Assembly (NCBI GenBank): GCA_038850515.1
Contig: JAWCLV010000001.1
Location: forward strand, 7,155 to 71,154
Reading direction: 5' to 3'
Length of the DNA: 64,000 bases
Source of the DNA: Candidatus Bathyarchaeia archaeon
GTDB taxonomy: Archaea; Thermoproteota; CALKCG01; B24; JAGTQN01
The notes under the pieces are model-generated. The model was not told the DNA's origin. It was given only the letters and a program-made list of their open reading frames with translations, and made no database searches. Positions 50,394 to 59,225 of this stretch are shown one piece after another (the first letter of the stretch is position 1; each line of letters opens with the position of its first letter). Both the position numbers and the translations under genes were made by a program.

Positions 50394-51286
50394 CTTTGTG
50401 CCACTGACCTTTGGCCTCTTACCTTCTCTTGTAACCATGTTCTAAGATGTCTCGCATCATCTCTAATGATAATTTCTAAAGGTGTGTCTAGCCCTAACAA
50501 TTTTCTCTTATCAATACCCAGCTTCTTCTTCACGGCATCCAAAAGCTCTATGTCGATTTCATACCCAACAGCTCTTCTCCCTAATTCCAGAGCTACTTTT
50601 AAAGTAGTTCCAGAACCCATAAATGGGTCTAAAACGGTTTCGCCAACATAGGAAAATAATTTTATCAGCCTATAAGGAATTTCCTCGGGAAATGCTGCAA
50701 TTCCTCCTTCAATTCTTCCCTTTAAAGGCAGAACGTTTGTGATATCCCAAACAGATAGATACCATTTTTCTCGATTAAACTCTTGCATGTTAATTTGAGA
50801 TTTTTCTAATTCTGGGTTTTTCTCGGGATATTCATATTTACCCTTCTGCAGAATTAAAATCTCTTCATAGATATTGTCAGGATAGAAATACATAGGGTAT
50901 GGACGTTGAATTTGCACCCCACTTCTTCGACTTATTCTAATATAGCCTTCTGGTTTTCTCCAAATTATTCTATCACGGTAATTGAAGCCTTCCTCCATCA
51001 TTATCCTAACGATGTCCGCAGGCACAGGATACAATTTCCCTTTAACTCTAACATCTTGAGTAACAAAACAGGCTATCCTACCTTGAGCTAAAACTCTATA
51101 AAGCTCCCTAGCCACATCCCTCATTAATCCAAGGAATTCGCTATAATCCTTGAATAAATCAGGATAATCGAAAGGCGCATTAAAATAAGGGGGCGAAGTC
51201 ACCATTAAGTGAACTGAACCATCTGGAAGCTCTTTCATACTTCTACAATCGCCAAAAACTATTTTATTTCCCAACTCTTGAGGCAT
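50390..51286 (-). CDS. Site-specific DNA methyltransferase (N4-cytosine/N6-adenine, beta class)
   Basis: Motif IV TSPPY near the N-terminus, AAFPEEIP, motif I DPFMGSGTT near the C-terminus; visibly more AT-rich than its neighbours. Confidence 0.92.
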   Translation of the reverse strand: MPQELGNKIVFGDCRSMKELPDGSVHLMVTSPPYFNAPFDYPDLFKDYSEFLGLMRDVARELYRVLAQGRIACFVTQDVRVKGKLYPVPADIVRIMMEEGFNYRDRIIWRKPEGYIRISRRSGVQIQRPYPMYFYPDNIYEEILILQKGKYEYPEKNPELEKSQINMQEFNREKWYLSVWDITNVLPLKGRIEGGIAAFPEEIPYRLIKLFSYVGETVLDPFMGSGTTLKVALELGRRAVGYEIDIELLDAVKKKLGIDKRKLLGLDTPLEIIIRDDARHLRTWLQEKVRGQRSVAQR

Positions 51287-51362
51287 TTTTATCGTATAAA
51301 CTACTCATCCTACTCTTTTTTATATCACTTTCCGCTCTTAAATAGGAAGGAAATGGGCGCCC

Positions 51363-52277
51363 TCATTCGCTAGCCAATCCAAGCCTTCGAAGTTCATCCA
51401 TGAAATCCTTTAGGCTCGATCCCTCATACCAGCGATTCGTCCAATCGGTTTCATTTGCCCTGGCCATGGCAGCCTTATCCTTTTCGTTTCTTATCCTGAA
51501 TAGGGGCGGTCTCTCGCTTCTCTGCCTCCTCAGCCATTCTAAATCGATTGTCTTCATCACGAAGCCCTCATCGCAGCCTATGGTAGCTATATCCATCTCC
51601 ATACCACCGAGCCTTGGACCAGCTATGAAGGTTCCAGGCATCGTTCTACCAGCCTCGCCAACAACGGCCACATAGAAGCAGTTCTCCATGGCTCTGACCC
51701 TGGCGAAGATCTGGGTCGAGAGGAAATGGGGAAGGGGCATCCTCGAGGGTACGTAGACAAGCTCAGCCCCTCTGAGGCTCAATTCCTTCATGAAGTCCGA
51801 TACCCAGAGATCTATGCATTGGGCGAGGCCCACTTTTAATCCTCCGGTATCATGAACCTTCATTCCCTCGCCCATCTTGAACTTAAAGCCCAAACTGGCT
51901 ATGGAGACAGGCTCCCAGGCAGCGTAAGGACGTACCTTTCGATACTCGGCTGCTATTTCGCCCTTTGGATTTATGAGGATCACAGAATTGTAAACTGCAT
52001 TAGTCCCCTCCTCGGCCAGCGTAAGGGTATTTATCCCGAGCCATACTCTCCCATCTTCAGCAAAGGATTGGAGAACCCTCATCTCCTCCGAGCCCTTCCT
52101 AAGGTCAAGAACATAACTCATTCCTAGGAAGAACTCCGGAAACAAAATATAATCAGCTCCAGCCTTAAGGGCTTGTTGAGAAAGCCCCAGCTGTTTCTTA
52201 AGCCTATCGGAGGCACCCATCTCATGGGGCAAGAGGGGTTGAAGGGCTGCCACCTTCACTATAGCCATCGGAATCAC
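51363..52277 (-). CDS. Carbon-nitrogen hydrolase (nitrilase superfamily)
   Basis: LFPEF (Glu), YRK (Lys), QCIDL (Cys) triad; RAMENC. Confidence 0.88.
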   Translation of the reverse strand: MIPMAIVKVAALQPLLPHEMGASDRLKKQLGLSQQALKAGADYILFPEFFLGMSYVLDLRKGSEEMRVLQSFAEDGRVWLGINTLTLAEEGTNAVYNSVILINPKGEIAAEYRKVRPYAAWEPVSIASLGFKFKMGEGMKVHDTGGLKVGLAQCIDLWVSDFMKELSLRGAELVYVPSRMPLPHFLSTQIFARVRAMENCFYVAVVGEAGRTMPGTFIAGPRLGGMEMDIATIGCDEGFVMKTIDLEWLRRQRSERPPLFRIRNEKDKAAMARANETDWTNRWYEGSSLKDFMDELRRLGLASE

Positions 52278-52397
52278 CCATCTATCTTACTCTATTTCTA
52301 ACAATCCAATATATGTCATCATATGGAACGGAAAGGGAATAGGCATGTCTCTTTTATAAGGAATGCCGTTTAAAAAAGAAAATTTGCTAATGGTGGT

Positions 52398-54041
52398 TTG
52401 GTGATGGGGTTGCCCCATTGGAGACGAGGAGGCCCTCTCATGAGCCTTAAGGGAATGATCGCAACGGCTAACCCTCTGGCTTCAGCCACGGGACTTCGTA
52501 TCCTTATGCAGGGAGGCAATGCCGTCGATGCAGCCATAGCTACGGCTGCGGTTCTTGGGGTCGTCATGCCCGAGGCCTGCGGCCTTGGAGGGGATGCCTT
52601 CATGATAATCTTCGATTCCCGTAGTGGAAGACTTAAAGCGATTAATGGAAGTGGCGCTGCACCTAGGGCTGCCACCAGAGAATACTTCCTTAACCTCGGG
52701 CTGAGCTTTATGCCCCCAGAGGGGCTCCTCTCCGCAACGGTTCCTGGTGCTGTGGATGCCTACACGACAGCCCTAGATAAGTTCGGTACTATGGAACTTC
52801 AAGAACTCCTAGAACCTGCCATCCGCTATGCGGAAGAGGGCTTTCCGGTTTCAAGAAGGCTGAGCAGAGCCCTAGAGACATCCCTCGAAAAGCTCGCCCG
52901 CTATCCGTCCTCGGCATCCATATTCCTCCCTGGAGGAAGGGCCTTGGAGCCTGGAGAAAGGCTTGTCCAAAAAGCCCTGGGAAAGTCCCTTCGCCTTATT
53001 GCCGAGGAAGGAAGGGATGCCTTCTATCGAGGCGAGATAGCCGAAGCCATGGTAGCCTTCTCCGAAGCCAATGGAGGGTTATTCTCCAAGGAAGACTTCG
53101 CAAGGCATAGCTCCATGGTTTATGAACCCCTAAGAACCACTTATCGAGACTATGAAATCTTCGAAACAGCTCCTCCTTCCCAAGGAGTCATCCTCCTAGA
53201 GGAACTCAATATCATTGAAGGATTCGAGCTTTCTAAGATGGGCTTCTACACCGCCCAAGCGATCCATCTGATGGTCGAGGCTAAGAAGATCGCCTTTGCG
53301 GATCGTCTAGGATATTTGGGCGATCCTGCCTTTGTCGAAGTTCCGATCAACCAGATCCTGTCGAAGGAAAGGGCTATGGATCTTAGAAGGAAGATAGATC
53401 CCAATAAAGCGGCTTTGAAGCCTATCGAAGCCCCTCCTTTGACCTCCCAAGCCTCGGCAGAGGATACGACTTCCTTTGTCGTGGTCGATAGGGAGGGAAA
53501 CGCCGTTTCCTTCATCCAGAGCATCTTCGCCGCCTGGGGCTCTGGAGTCGTTGCGGGAGAAACGGGCATTCTCTTGAATAACCGGGGAAGCGCTTTTAGC
53601 CTCGAAGCCTATTCGCCCAACCGCCTTGAGCCTTCTAAGCGTCCCATGCACACCCTTAACGCCTACGCGATTCTTAAGGATGGGGAACTCTACGCCGTAG
53701 GAGGAACGCCTGGAGGGGATAACCAAGTTCAGTGGAACCTTCAGGTCATAACGGATCTCATAGACTTCGGTATGAATCCTCAGGAAGCAGTCTCGGCGCC
53801 TAGATGGTCAAGCTTCCCTGGAACCCAGCCCTCCGATGCCAAAATGCCTTATAGGCTTACAATCGAGCGCCCGATCCGAGATGAAGTTATCGAGGAACTC
53901 AGGCGAAAGGGGCATAGGATCAGGATCGTGGGTGAGTGGGCGGGAGGAGGTGCTGCTCAGCTGATCCTTGTGGACGCAAAGACAGGCCTTCGCCTCGCGG
54001 GAACGGATCCTAGGGCCCAAGGTCTTGCCGTAGGTTATTAG
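52398..54041 (+). CDS. ggt: Gamma-glutamyltransferase
   Basis: GGNAVDAAIA, GLGGDAF, DTTSF nucleophile Thr, LNNRG, GTPGG, DPR; exact start uncertain (52398-52440). Confidence 0.93.
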   Translation: MVMGLPHWRRGGPLMSLKGMIATANPLASATGLRILMQGGNAVDAAIATAAVLGVVMPEACGLGGDAFMIIFDSRSGRLKAINGSGAAPRAATREYFLNLGLSFMPPEGLLSATVPGAVDAYTTALDKFGTMELQELLEPAIRYAEEGFPVSRRLSRALETSLEKLARYPSSASIFLPGGRALEPGERLVQKALGKSLRLIAEEGRDAFYRGEIAEAMVAFSEANGGLFSKEDFARHSSMVYEPLRTTYRDYEIFETAPPSQGVILLEELNIIEGFELSKMGFYTAQAIHLMVEAKKIAFADRLGYLGDPAFVEVPINQILSKERAMDLRRKIDPNKAALKPIEAPPLTSQASAEDTTSFVVVDREGNAVSFIQSIFAAWGSGVVAGETGILLNNRGSAFSLEAYSPNRLEPSKRPMHTLNAYAILKDGELYAVGGTPGGDNQVQWNLQVITDLIDFGMNPQEAVSAPRWSSFPGTQPSDAKMPYRLTIERPIRDEVIEELRRKGHRIRIVGEWAGGGAAQLILVDAKTGLRLAGTDPRAQGLAVGY

Positions 54042-54111
54042 GTGGCTACTAAGATTTCCAGACTTAATTTCTAATAGAAGATGGAAAGTAAAACATCTTC
54101 TTTTTATTTCT

Positions 54112-54411
54112 CTACTTTTCCGCTCCGGACCTTAGCTTTAAACCACCATCAACATCTATGATCAAATCAGAAGATCCAAAATAATCCTTCAACCTCTTAT
54201 CCAAGTAAATCGATATACCTTCAAATTTTCCGACTTCTTCGAAATAAGCCTTTAAAAAGGCTGGATTTACATCGGCCTTAGGGCGATGGATTACCTCTGG
54301 ATGTATTCCTGTACAAAAGCACTCTGACTGGAATATGAATATAGCTACGTCTCTACCGGCTCTTTCCTGCATCACATAGTTCTTCGCCCATTCGGTCAAT
54401 GTTACTTTCAC
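54112..54411 (-). CDS. Small CxC-motif protein (HesB/CC-Se-motif-like)
   Basis: MKVTLTEWAKNYV...ECFCTG...VGKFEGISIYLD. Confidence 0.6.
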   Translation of the reverse strand: MKVTLTEWAKNYVMQERAGRDVAIFIFQSECFCTGIHPEVIHRPKADVNPAFLKAYFEEVGKFEGISIYLDKRLKDYFGSSDLIIDVDGGLKLRSGAEK

Positions 54412-54486
54412 GATGAGTTACCTCCACGATTTTGCTTTAACATCTATTAATAAAACGATTCTTTCTCGCCAATGGGGCTTCTGTCT

Positions 54487-54813
54487 CTATCTGAAGGTTA
54501 AAGATAATCTAGAGCCTTTCGTGAAATCGCTTCGATCAACATCTATGATGAAGACCTGGGCATGGATGTGCTCTAGATAACCCCTCAGTCGGGCGCTCAT
54601 GAAAATCGGTATGCCCTCTACCTCCCCTATCCTCTCGAAGCCCCACCCTTCCAGAAACCGTTCCACCGAGGACTTGGAAGCATACTCCACAACGAAATCC
54701 CTTCCTGTGCAGGTACAGCCACCCCTATGTATCAATAGGACCGGATCGGGTATCATCGTCTTAACGGAGCTTGCCATAAGCTCCCTAGCCCCATCCATCA
54801 GGACGAACTTCAA
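54487..54813 (-). CDS. Small CxC-motif protein, paralog of 54112-54411
   Basis: TTG 54813 after GGAGGGA; KFVLMDGARELM...GGCTCTG...IGEVEGIPIFMS. Confidence 0.6.
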   Translation of the reverse strand: MKFVLMDGARELMASSVKTMIPDPVLLIHRGGCTCTGRDFVVEYASKSSVERFLEGWGFERIGEVEGIPIFMSARLRGYLEHIHAQVFIIDVDRSDFTKGSRLSLTFR

Positions 54814-54860
54814 TTCAACAATCCCTCCTTGGAATAACCCAGAATTCCTCGGAACCCATG

Positions 54861-55898
54861 CTAGAGTCCTCCGCCTATCAGCCCATAAGCTAGTCCGAAA
54901 AGAACGCTGAAGGTCCAGGCTACGAGGGCGTAGGTAATGACGGGCTTCCAACCAACGATCCTCGAGGTCGCTATCATGTTCGGGACATCGTAAGGCTGGC
55001 CCATAAGCCATGAGAGCATAACGGGCTTCGTCATGCCAAGGTCCATAAGCCCCCTTCCTAGGACGATCTCGACAAGGGTTGGCGTGTATAGGGGTCCGCC
55101 TATAACCGAAGCCAGGAGTACTCCTCCGACGCCCGTAAGGTGGGTAGCCACAAGCTCCTCGGGCAGGTAGGCCTCAAGGTAGCTGACGGCCACGAGCCCG
55201 AGGAAAAACCATGGTAGTATCTGCTTCCCTAGGTAGCCCCCGAAGCTGAGGGCTGTCCAAAGCCTCGTGTCCAAGGGAGGCTTGACGACTTCCACGGGGG
55301 AAACCTGGTCCTGGGCGCTAGTCGGGCTCTGTTTCGTCCTAAGCCTTTTCTCAACTTCCCTCCCCCAAGGGGTCTTCGACACGATGAAGCCGGCAGTGAT
55401 AGCCGTGGCGAGGGCTGCGACGATCCTAACACCCGCGAGTTCCCAAGAAAGCATCTCTCCCGTCATTACGATTGTAAGGATGTTCGCTGCTGGTGCCATA
55501 AGGAGAAATGCCAAAGCAGGTCCTATACCGCTTCCTGAGTAGAGGATGCCCGCAAATATCGGAACCATCGTACAGGAGCAGACAGTGAAGAAGGGCGCCA
55601 CGAGGACTCCAAGGACGTAACCAGCCTTTCCTCCTGCCATGCGTCTCGTCACGAAGTCCTTGGGCATGAACTCGTAGATCAAACCAGCGGCGACGAAGGC
55701 GAAGAGGAGGCATATGACGCCATGGCTCAGGTAGTCGATGATGTAAGCGACGGGTATCTCCCATGGAGCCAAGCCATGAAAGTCGGCGGGCTTCATAGTA
55801 GGCGCCAAGGAGTATGCGACAATCCTAGAATAGACTACGGCGCCTATAACTGCCGATATGAAGGCGATCATCAGGATCGTGCGTAGCGTTCGATGCAT
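54861..55898 (-). CDS. ArsP/DUF318 family permease
   Basis: PFFTVCSCTMVP, GPALAFLLMAP, GGPLYTP. ATG 55898 is preferred because the track start lies inside the upstream gene. Confidence 0.88.
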   Translation of the reverse strand: MHRTLRTILMIAFISAVIGAVVYSRIVAYSLAPTMKPADFHGLAPWEIPVAYIIDYLSHGVICLLFAFVAAGLIYEFMPKDFVTRRMAGGKAGYVLGVLVAPFFTVCSCTMVPIFAGILYSGSGIGPALAFLLMAPAANILTIVMTGEMLSWELAGVRIVAALATAITAGFIVSKTPWGREVEKRLRTKQSPTSAQDQVSPVEVVKPPLDTRLWTALSFGGYLGKQILPWFFLGLVAVSYLEAYLPEELVATHLTGVGGVLLASVIGGPLYTPTLVEIVLGRGLMDLGMTKPVMLSWLMGQPYDVPNMIATSRIVGWKPVITYALVAWTFSVLFGLAYGLIGGGL

Positions 55899-55906
55899 TC
55901 TGGGTT

Positions 55907-56143
55907 TCACTTCTTCTCGAACCAGGACCTTATTTCCTTGAAGTTTGGAACGCGGCCTTGGCAAACGACCCTTTCGTCTATGACTACGGCTGGGGTTGCC
56001 ATAACCCCATACTTCCATATCTCGACGAAGGAGGTTACATGCTCGACCTGGGCATCCAATTTTAGCTCCTCCAAGACCTGTCTCACCCTTTCCTCCGTGA
56101 TTATGCATCTGTAACAACCAGGACCAAGGATCTTTACCTTCAT
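55907..56143 (-). CDS. Small redox-active disulfide protein (thioredoxin-like, MTH895 type)
   Basis: ILGPGCYRC, YGVMATPAVVID, GRVP. Confidence 0.9.
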   Translation of the reverse strand: MKVKILGPGCYRCIITEERVRQVLEELKLDAQVEHVTSFVEIWKYGVMATPAVVIDERVVCQGRVPNFKEIRSWFEKK

Positions 56144-56172
56144 AGATAATCCCCTTCCTCCAAACTTGAGAT

Positions 56173-56337
56173 TTACCTGCAGGAACAGCCTCCAGAGGCC
56201 CCGGAGCTAGAAAAGAGGCGATTCTCGGCGAAGGTCCTTCGCCAGCATTCCTGGCAGATTCCTACATAGCCAAGGTCCTTATGGACCGCGTATAGAAGGC
56301 TTACACCATCCTTGCCACAGATCGCGCACTTCCCCAT
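56173..56337 (-). CDS. Small Cys-rich zinc-finger-like protein (54 aa)
   Basis: Below the track cut-off. Manual translation MGKCAICGKDGVSLLYAVHKDLGYVGICQECWRRTFAENRLFSSSGASGGCSCR; GGTGAG upstream; in operon context. Confidence 0.75.
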   Translation of the reverse strand: MGKCAICGKDGVSLLYAVHKDLGYVGICQECWRRTFAENRLFSSSGASGGCSCR

Positions 56338-56400
56338 AAAAACTCACCAAATTTCCGATGACCCCATCTTTTCCTTATTATCTTCTTTTCTTTTTATTAC

Positions 56401-56694
56401 CTAACCATAGCCATATTTCGCTCTGAGGCTCCTAAGCATCTGCTTCAACTCAGCCCTCGATGGGAACTTTATAGCCCCCTTAGGACACTTGGGACCGCAG
56501 GATTGGCAACCGACCACACAGTTGTACGGCTGAGCGACGATGACTTTCTCCCCATCCTTCCCATAGACCTTATGTTCGCAGAACTTAAGGCATAGCCCAC
56601 AGTTTGCACAGAGCTCGTAGTCTATCCTTGGATACCAGGCTATCTCCCTTCGAGGGATTCCGAGATATTTTTCCTGCTCAGTCACTGGCACCAC
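56401..56694 (-). CDS. 4Fe-4S dicluster ferredoxin family protein
   Basis: CANCGLCLKFC and CVVGCQSCGPKCP. Confidence 0.9.
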   Translation of the reverse strand: MVPVTEQEKYLGIPRREIAWYPRIDYELCANCGLCLKFCEHKVYGKDGEKVIVAQPYNCVVGCQSCGPKCPKGAIKFPSRAELKQMLRSLRAKYGYG

Positions 56695-57067
56695 TTCCCA
56701 GCTTCTCGACGACTTCCGACACTTTCTTCATCGCTTCGGATGTTTCCATATTCCTTAGATCCAAGGAGATCACCTGCTTGTCGAAGTCCAAGCCTTTGTC
56801 CGCGAAGGCATCTTTGAACATCTTCCTCTGCATCCTAGGATCGCATCCGCCTACGATGTAAACCGCATCCTTTTCTCCTTCCTTTAGTAAGTCCCTCCAG
56901 AAGCGGTCCCCATCGTCCACGCAGAGCTGGGGATGGACGATGGCGTACTCTACGTCAAGCTCGTTCCTGACGAAGTTTATCAGCTTCCAAAGGTCCAACT
57001 TAGCAAAGCCTGGGCATTCGCCTGTGCAAAAGCACATGATAAAACGAGGTAGCTTCTTTTCACCCAA
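56678..57067 (-). CDS. Stand-alone protein resembling the HdrA N-terminal Cys-rich domain
   Basis: FIMCFCTGECPG, HPQLC, VGGCDPRMQRKMF, LDLRN. Confidence 0.65.
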   Translation of the reverse strand: MGEKKLPRFIMCFCTGECPGFAKLDLWKLINFVRNELDVEYAIVHPQLCVDDGDRFWRDLLKEGEKDAVYIVGGCDPRMQRKMFKDAFADKGLDFDKQVISLDLRNMETSEAMKKVSEVVEKLGSGASD

Positions 57068-57153
57068 TACGGGACTCCTCCTTAATCATCCGGTAAGGAT
57101 ATCGAAATGCATAGCAATATTTAAATATTTCTATAAACCATTTTGATGTAGGA

Positions 57154-57468
57154 ATGAAGGAAGATCGAAACCGTTTCAGGGCAAGGTTCTTCAAGGCCCT
57201 CGCGGACCCCACGAGACTTGAGATCCTAGAGCTTCTCCGTGAAGGCGAGAAATGCGTCTGCGAACTCGTCCCTCAGCTGAAGATACCACAACCCCTTGTC
57301 TCTCGGCATCTGAAGATCCTGAAAGAATGCGGTCTGGTCAAAGTAAAGGGCTTTAGGAACAGGAGGTTCTATTCTATTACGGACCCAAGGGTCTTCGCCG
57401 TGATAGACGGCGTAACGCAGGACTTGAGGGCTTCGATTTCAAAAATCCTCATCGAACAGATGGTCTAG
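57154..57468 (+). CDS. ArsR/SmtB family transcriptional regulator
   Basis: FKALADPTRLEIL, EKCVCEL, VSRHLKIL. Confidence 0.93.
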   Translation: MKEDRNRFRARFFKALADPTRLEILELLREGEKCVCELVPQLKIPQPLVSRHLKILKECGLVKVKGFRNRRFYSITDPRVFAVIDGVTQDLRASISKILIEQMV

Positions 57469-57613
57469 CCAAAGAAGAGGAGGCCGCATGAACCGAAGAG
57501 CGGCTAGCGGTCAATTCGCCTCTACCTATCATCTTTTATCCCATCTCAAAGAGGCCTCGAACGGGGCCCTTGATCCATAAAAAACCATAATCCTGAGTTC
57601 CTAGAAGGTTTTA

Positions 57614-57811
57614 ATGGATAAAATCATCGTCGACCTCGATATGTGCACGGGTTGTGGCACCTGCGTAGAGATCTGCCCAGAGCAAGCTTTCAAGCCTGTG
57701 GAGAAAGACGGAATGAAGGTTTCCGAAGCGATCGCCAAAGCCGATTGCTTCGCCTGTAGGGCTTACATTAAGCGCAAGAGGCGTAAAGGCGAACATAGTC
57801 GTTCAACCTAG
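57614..57811 (+). pseudogene. Ferredoxin truncated in its second cluster motif by an IS remnant
   Basis: CTGCGTCVEICP is intact; the second motif stops at CFACRA and continues in unrelated sequence. Confidence 0.75.
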
Positions 57812-58010
57812 GAATAGGCTTAAGCCTAAGCGTGGAAGGCCGTAAAGGCTCGATATAAGGAACTACAGGCACATAAGGAGTGCCATCGAAAGGTTCTTCG
57901 CCTCGCATGGATGAAGGCCTTCAAGAGAATAGCCATAATGTATAAAAGGCTACATCGAACTTCCTAGATTTCATGCCCGGTCGTCTTACTAAGGTTTTTC
58001 AGATGAATTC
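57758..58010 (+). mobile_element. Degenerate IS5-family transposase C-terminal fragment
   Basis: Across frameshifts and a stop: RAYIKR / RGVKANIVVQPRNRLKPKRGRP*RLDIRNYRHIRSAIERFF / AWMKAFKRIAIMYKRL; the YR..R..IER and K.F.RIA..Y patterns match IS5 DDE transposases. Confidence 0.75.
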
Positions 58011-58047
58011 TTCAATTAAAAGTGAAGAGGAGGTTCCTTAGATTCAA

Positions 58048-59211
58048 TTGGAAGACTCGCTACGATTCCTATATGAAGGCGATTTTCCCATGGACCTTGA
58101 GGAACGAATTCTCTCAGTCTTCGAGGGAACGAAACCAGATCTTATGCCATGGTTTGCGGACCTAACCTATTGGTATAGAGCTATGGAGTATAGGCGTTGT
58201 CTTCCCACCAAATATAGCGGGGTTAACGGAAGGATTAGGCTTTATAGAGAGCTGGGATGCGGGGCCCATGAAGAGCTTTGTACCCTTCCTGGAAGGATCA
58301 AGCATTATGGTATAAAAAGGCTGTATTCGAGTGAGGAATTCAGGGATGGGACGATTCTCTATGAGGAAGGCTACGAAACGCCCCTAGGGAGCCTTATAGC
58401 CGTCAGAAAGTTTCTCCCATGCTCCGTAAGCACGGCTTACATCAAGTACCCTGTTTCCACAGGAAAGGACCTTAAGGCCCTTAGATATGTCTATCGGAAC
58501 CAGGACTTTGAGCCTGATTATGGGGTTCAGTACGATCAGATGAGGGATTGGAAGGGCTTAGGCTTCGTAAGTTCCCTTCCACCGAGGACCCCCTTCCAAA
58601 GTCTCGTTGTAGTTTGGGCGGGAGTCATGAATACGATAAGGCTTATGATGCGGGAGCCAGAAGAGCTTGAGGAGACAATTCAAGTTATGTCGGAAGCAGA
58701 CGATCCGATCTACGAAGCGATCCGTGATTCTCCGGCGCCAGGCGTATACCTCGGAGAGAATATCACGAGCGAGGTCATCACACCCTCGATCTTTAGAAAG
58801 TATCATATGCCCTACTACAGGCGAAGGGTCGCCCAGCTTCATTCGGCCAAGAAAAAGATTTTCGTCCATGTGGATGGAGCACTTAGGGGGGTCCTTCCCC
58901 TATTCGAAGCTACAGGAGTCGACTGCGTCCAATCCGTCACGCCAGCACCGGTAGGCGATGTAGCCTTAGAAAGGCTGAGGGAACTTGCTGGTTCGAACAT
59001 AATCCTATGGGGAGGCCTTCCAGGCGTTTACTTCAGCCGCCAGTACTCAGAAAGGCTTCTATACGATATGGTGAAGCGGATAATCGATAATCATATGGAA
59101 GGGCATAAGTTCATTCTTGGTGTGGCGGATCAGGTTCCTCCAGATGGGGAGATATATCGAGTAAGAAAAGTAACGGAGCTTCTGGAAGAATTGGGAAGGT
59201 ACAGAAATTAG
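58048..59211 (+). CDS. Uroporphyrinogen decarboxylase / MtaA-CmuA methyltransferase superfamily protein
   Basis: ETPLGSL, ITPSIFRKYHMPYY, HVDG, ILWGGLP, ILGVADQVPP; ATG 58090 is the probable start. Confidence 0.82.
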   Translation: MEDSLRFLYEGDFPMDLEERILSVFEGTKPDLMPWFADLTYWYRAMEYRRCLPTKYSGVNGRIRLYRELGCGAHEELCTLPGRIKHYGIKRLYSSEEFRDGTILYEEGYETPLGSLIAVRKFLPCSVSTAYIKYPVSTGKDLKALRYVYRNQDFEPDYGVQYDQMRDWKGLGFVSSLPPRTPFQSLVVVWAGVMNTIRLMMREPEELEETIQVMSEADDPIYEAIRDSPAPGVYLGENITSEVITPSIFRKYHMPYYRRRVAQLHSAKKKIFVHVDGALRGVLPLFEATGVDCVQSVTPAPVGDVALERLRELAGSNIILWGGLPGVYFSRQYSERLLYDMVKRIIDNHMEGHKFILGVADQVPPDGEIYRVRKVTELLEELGRYRN

Positions 59212-59225
59212 AGTAAAAAGCTATT

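Noticed and set aside
58048..59211. Methanogenesis or heme biosynthesis gene
   Set aside because: Only superfamily-level similarity; no corrinoid protein or hem genes nearby.
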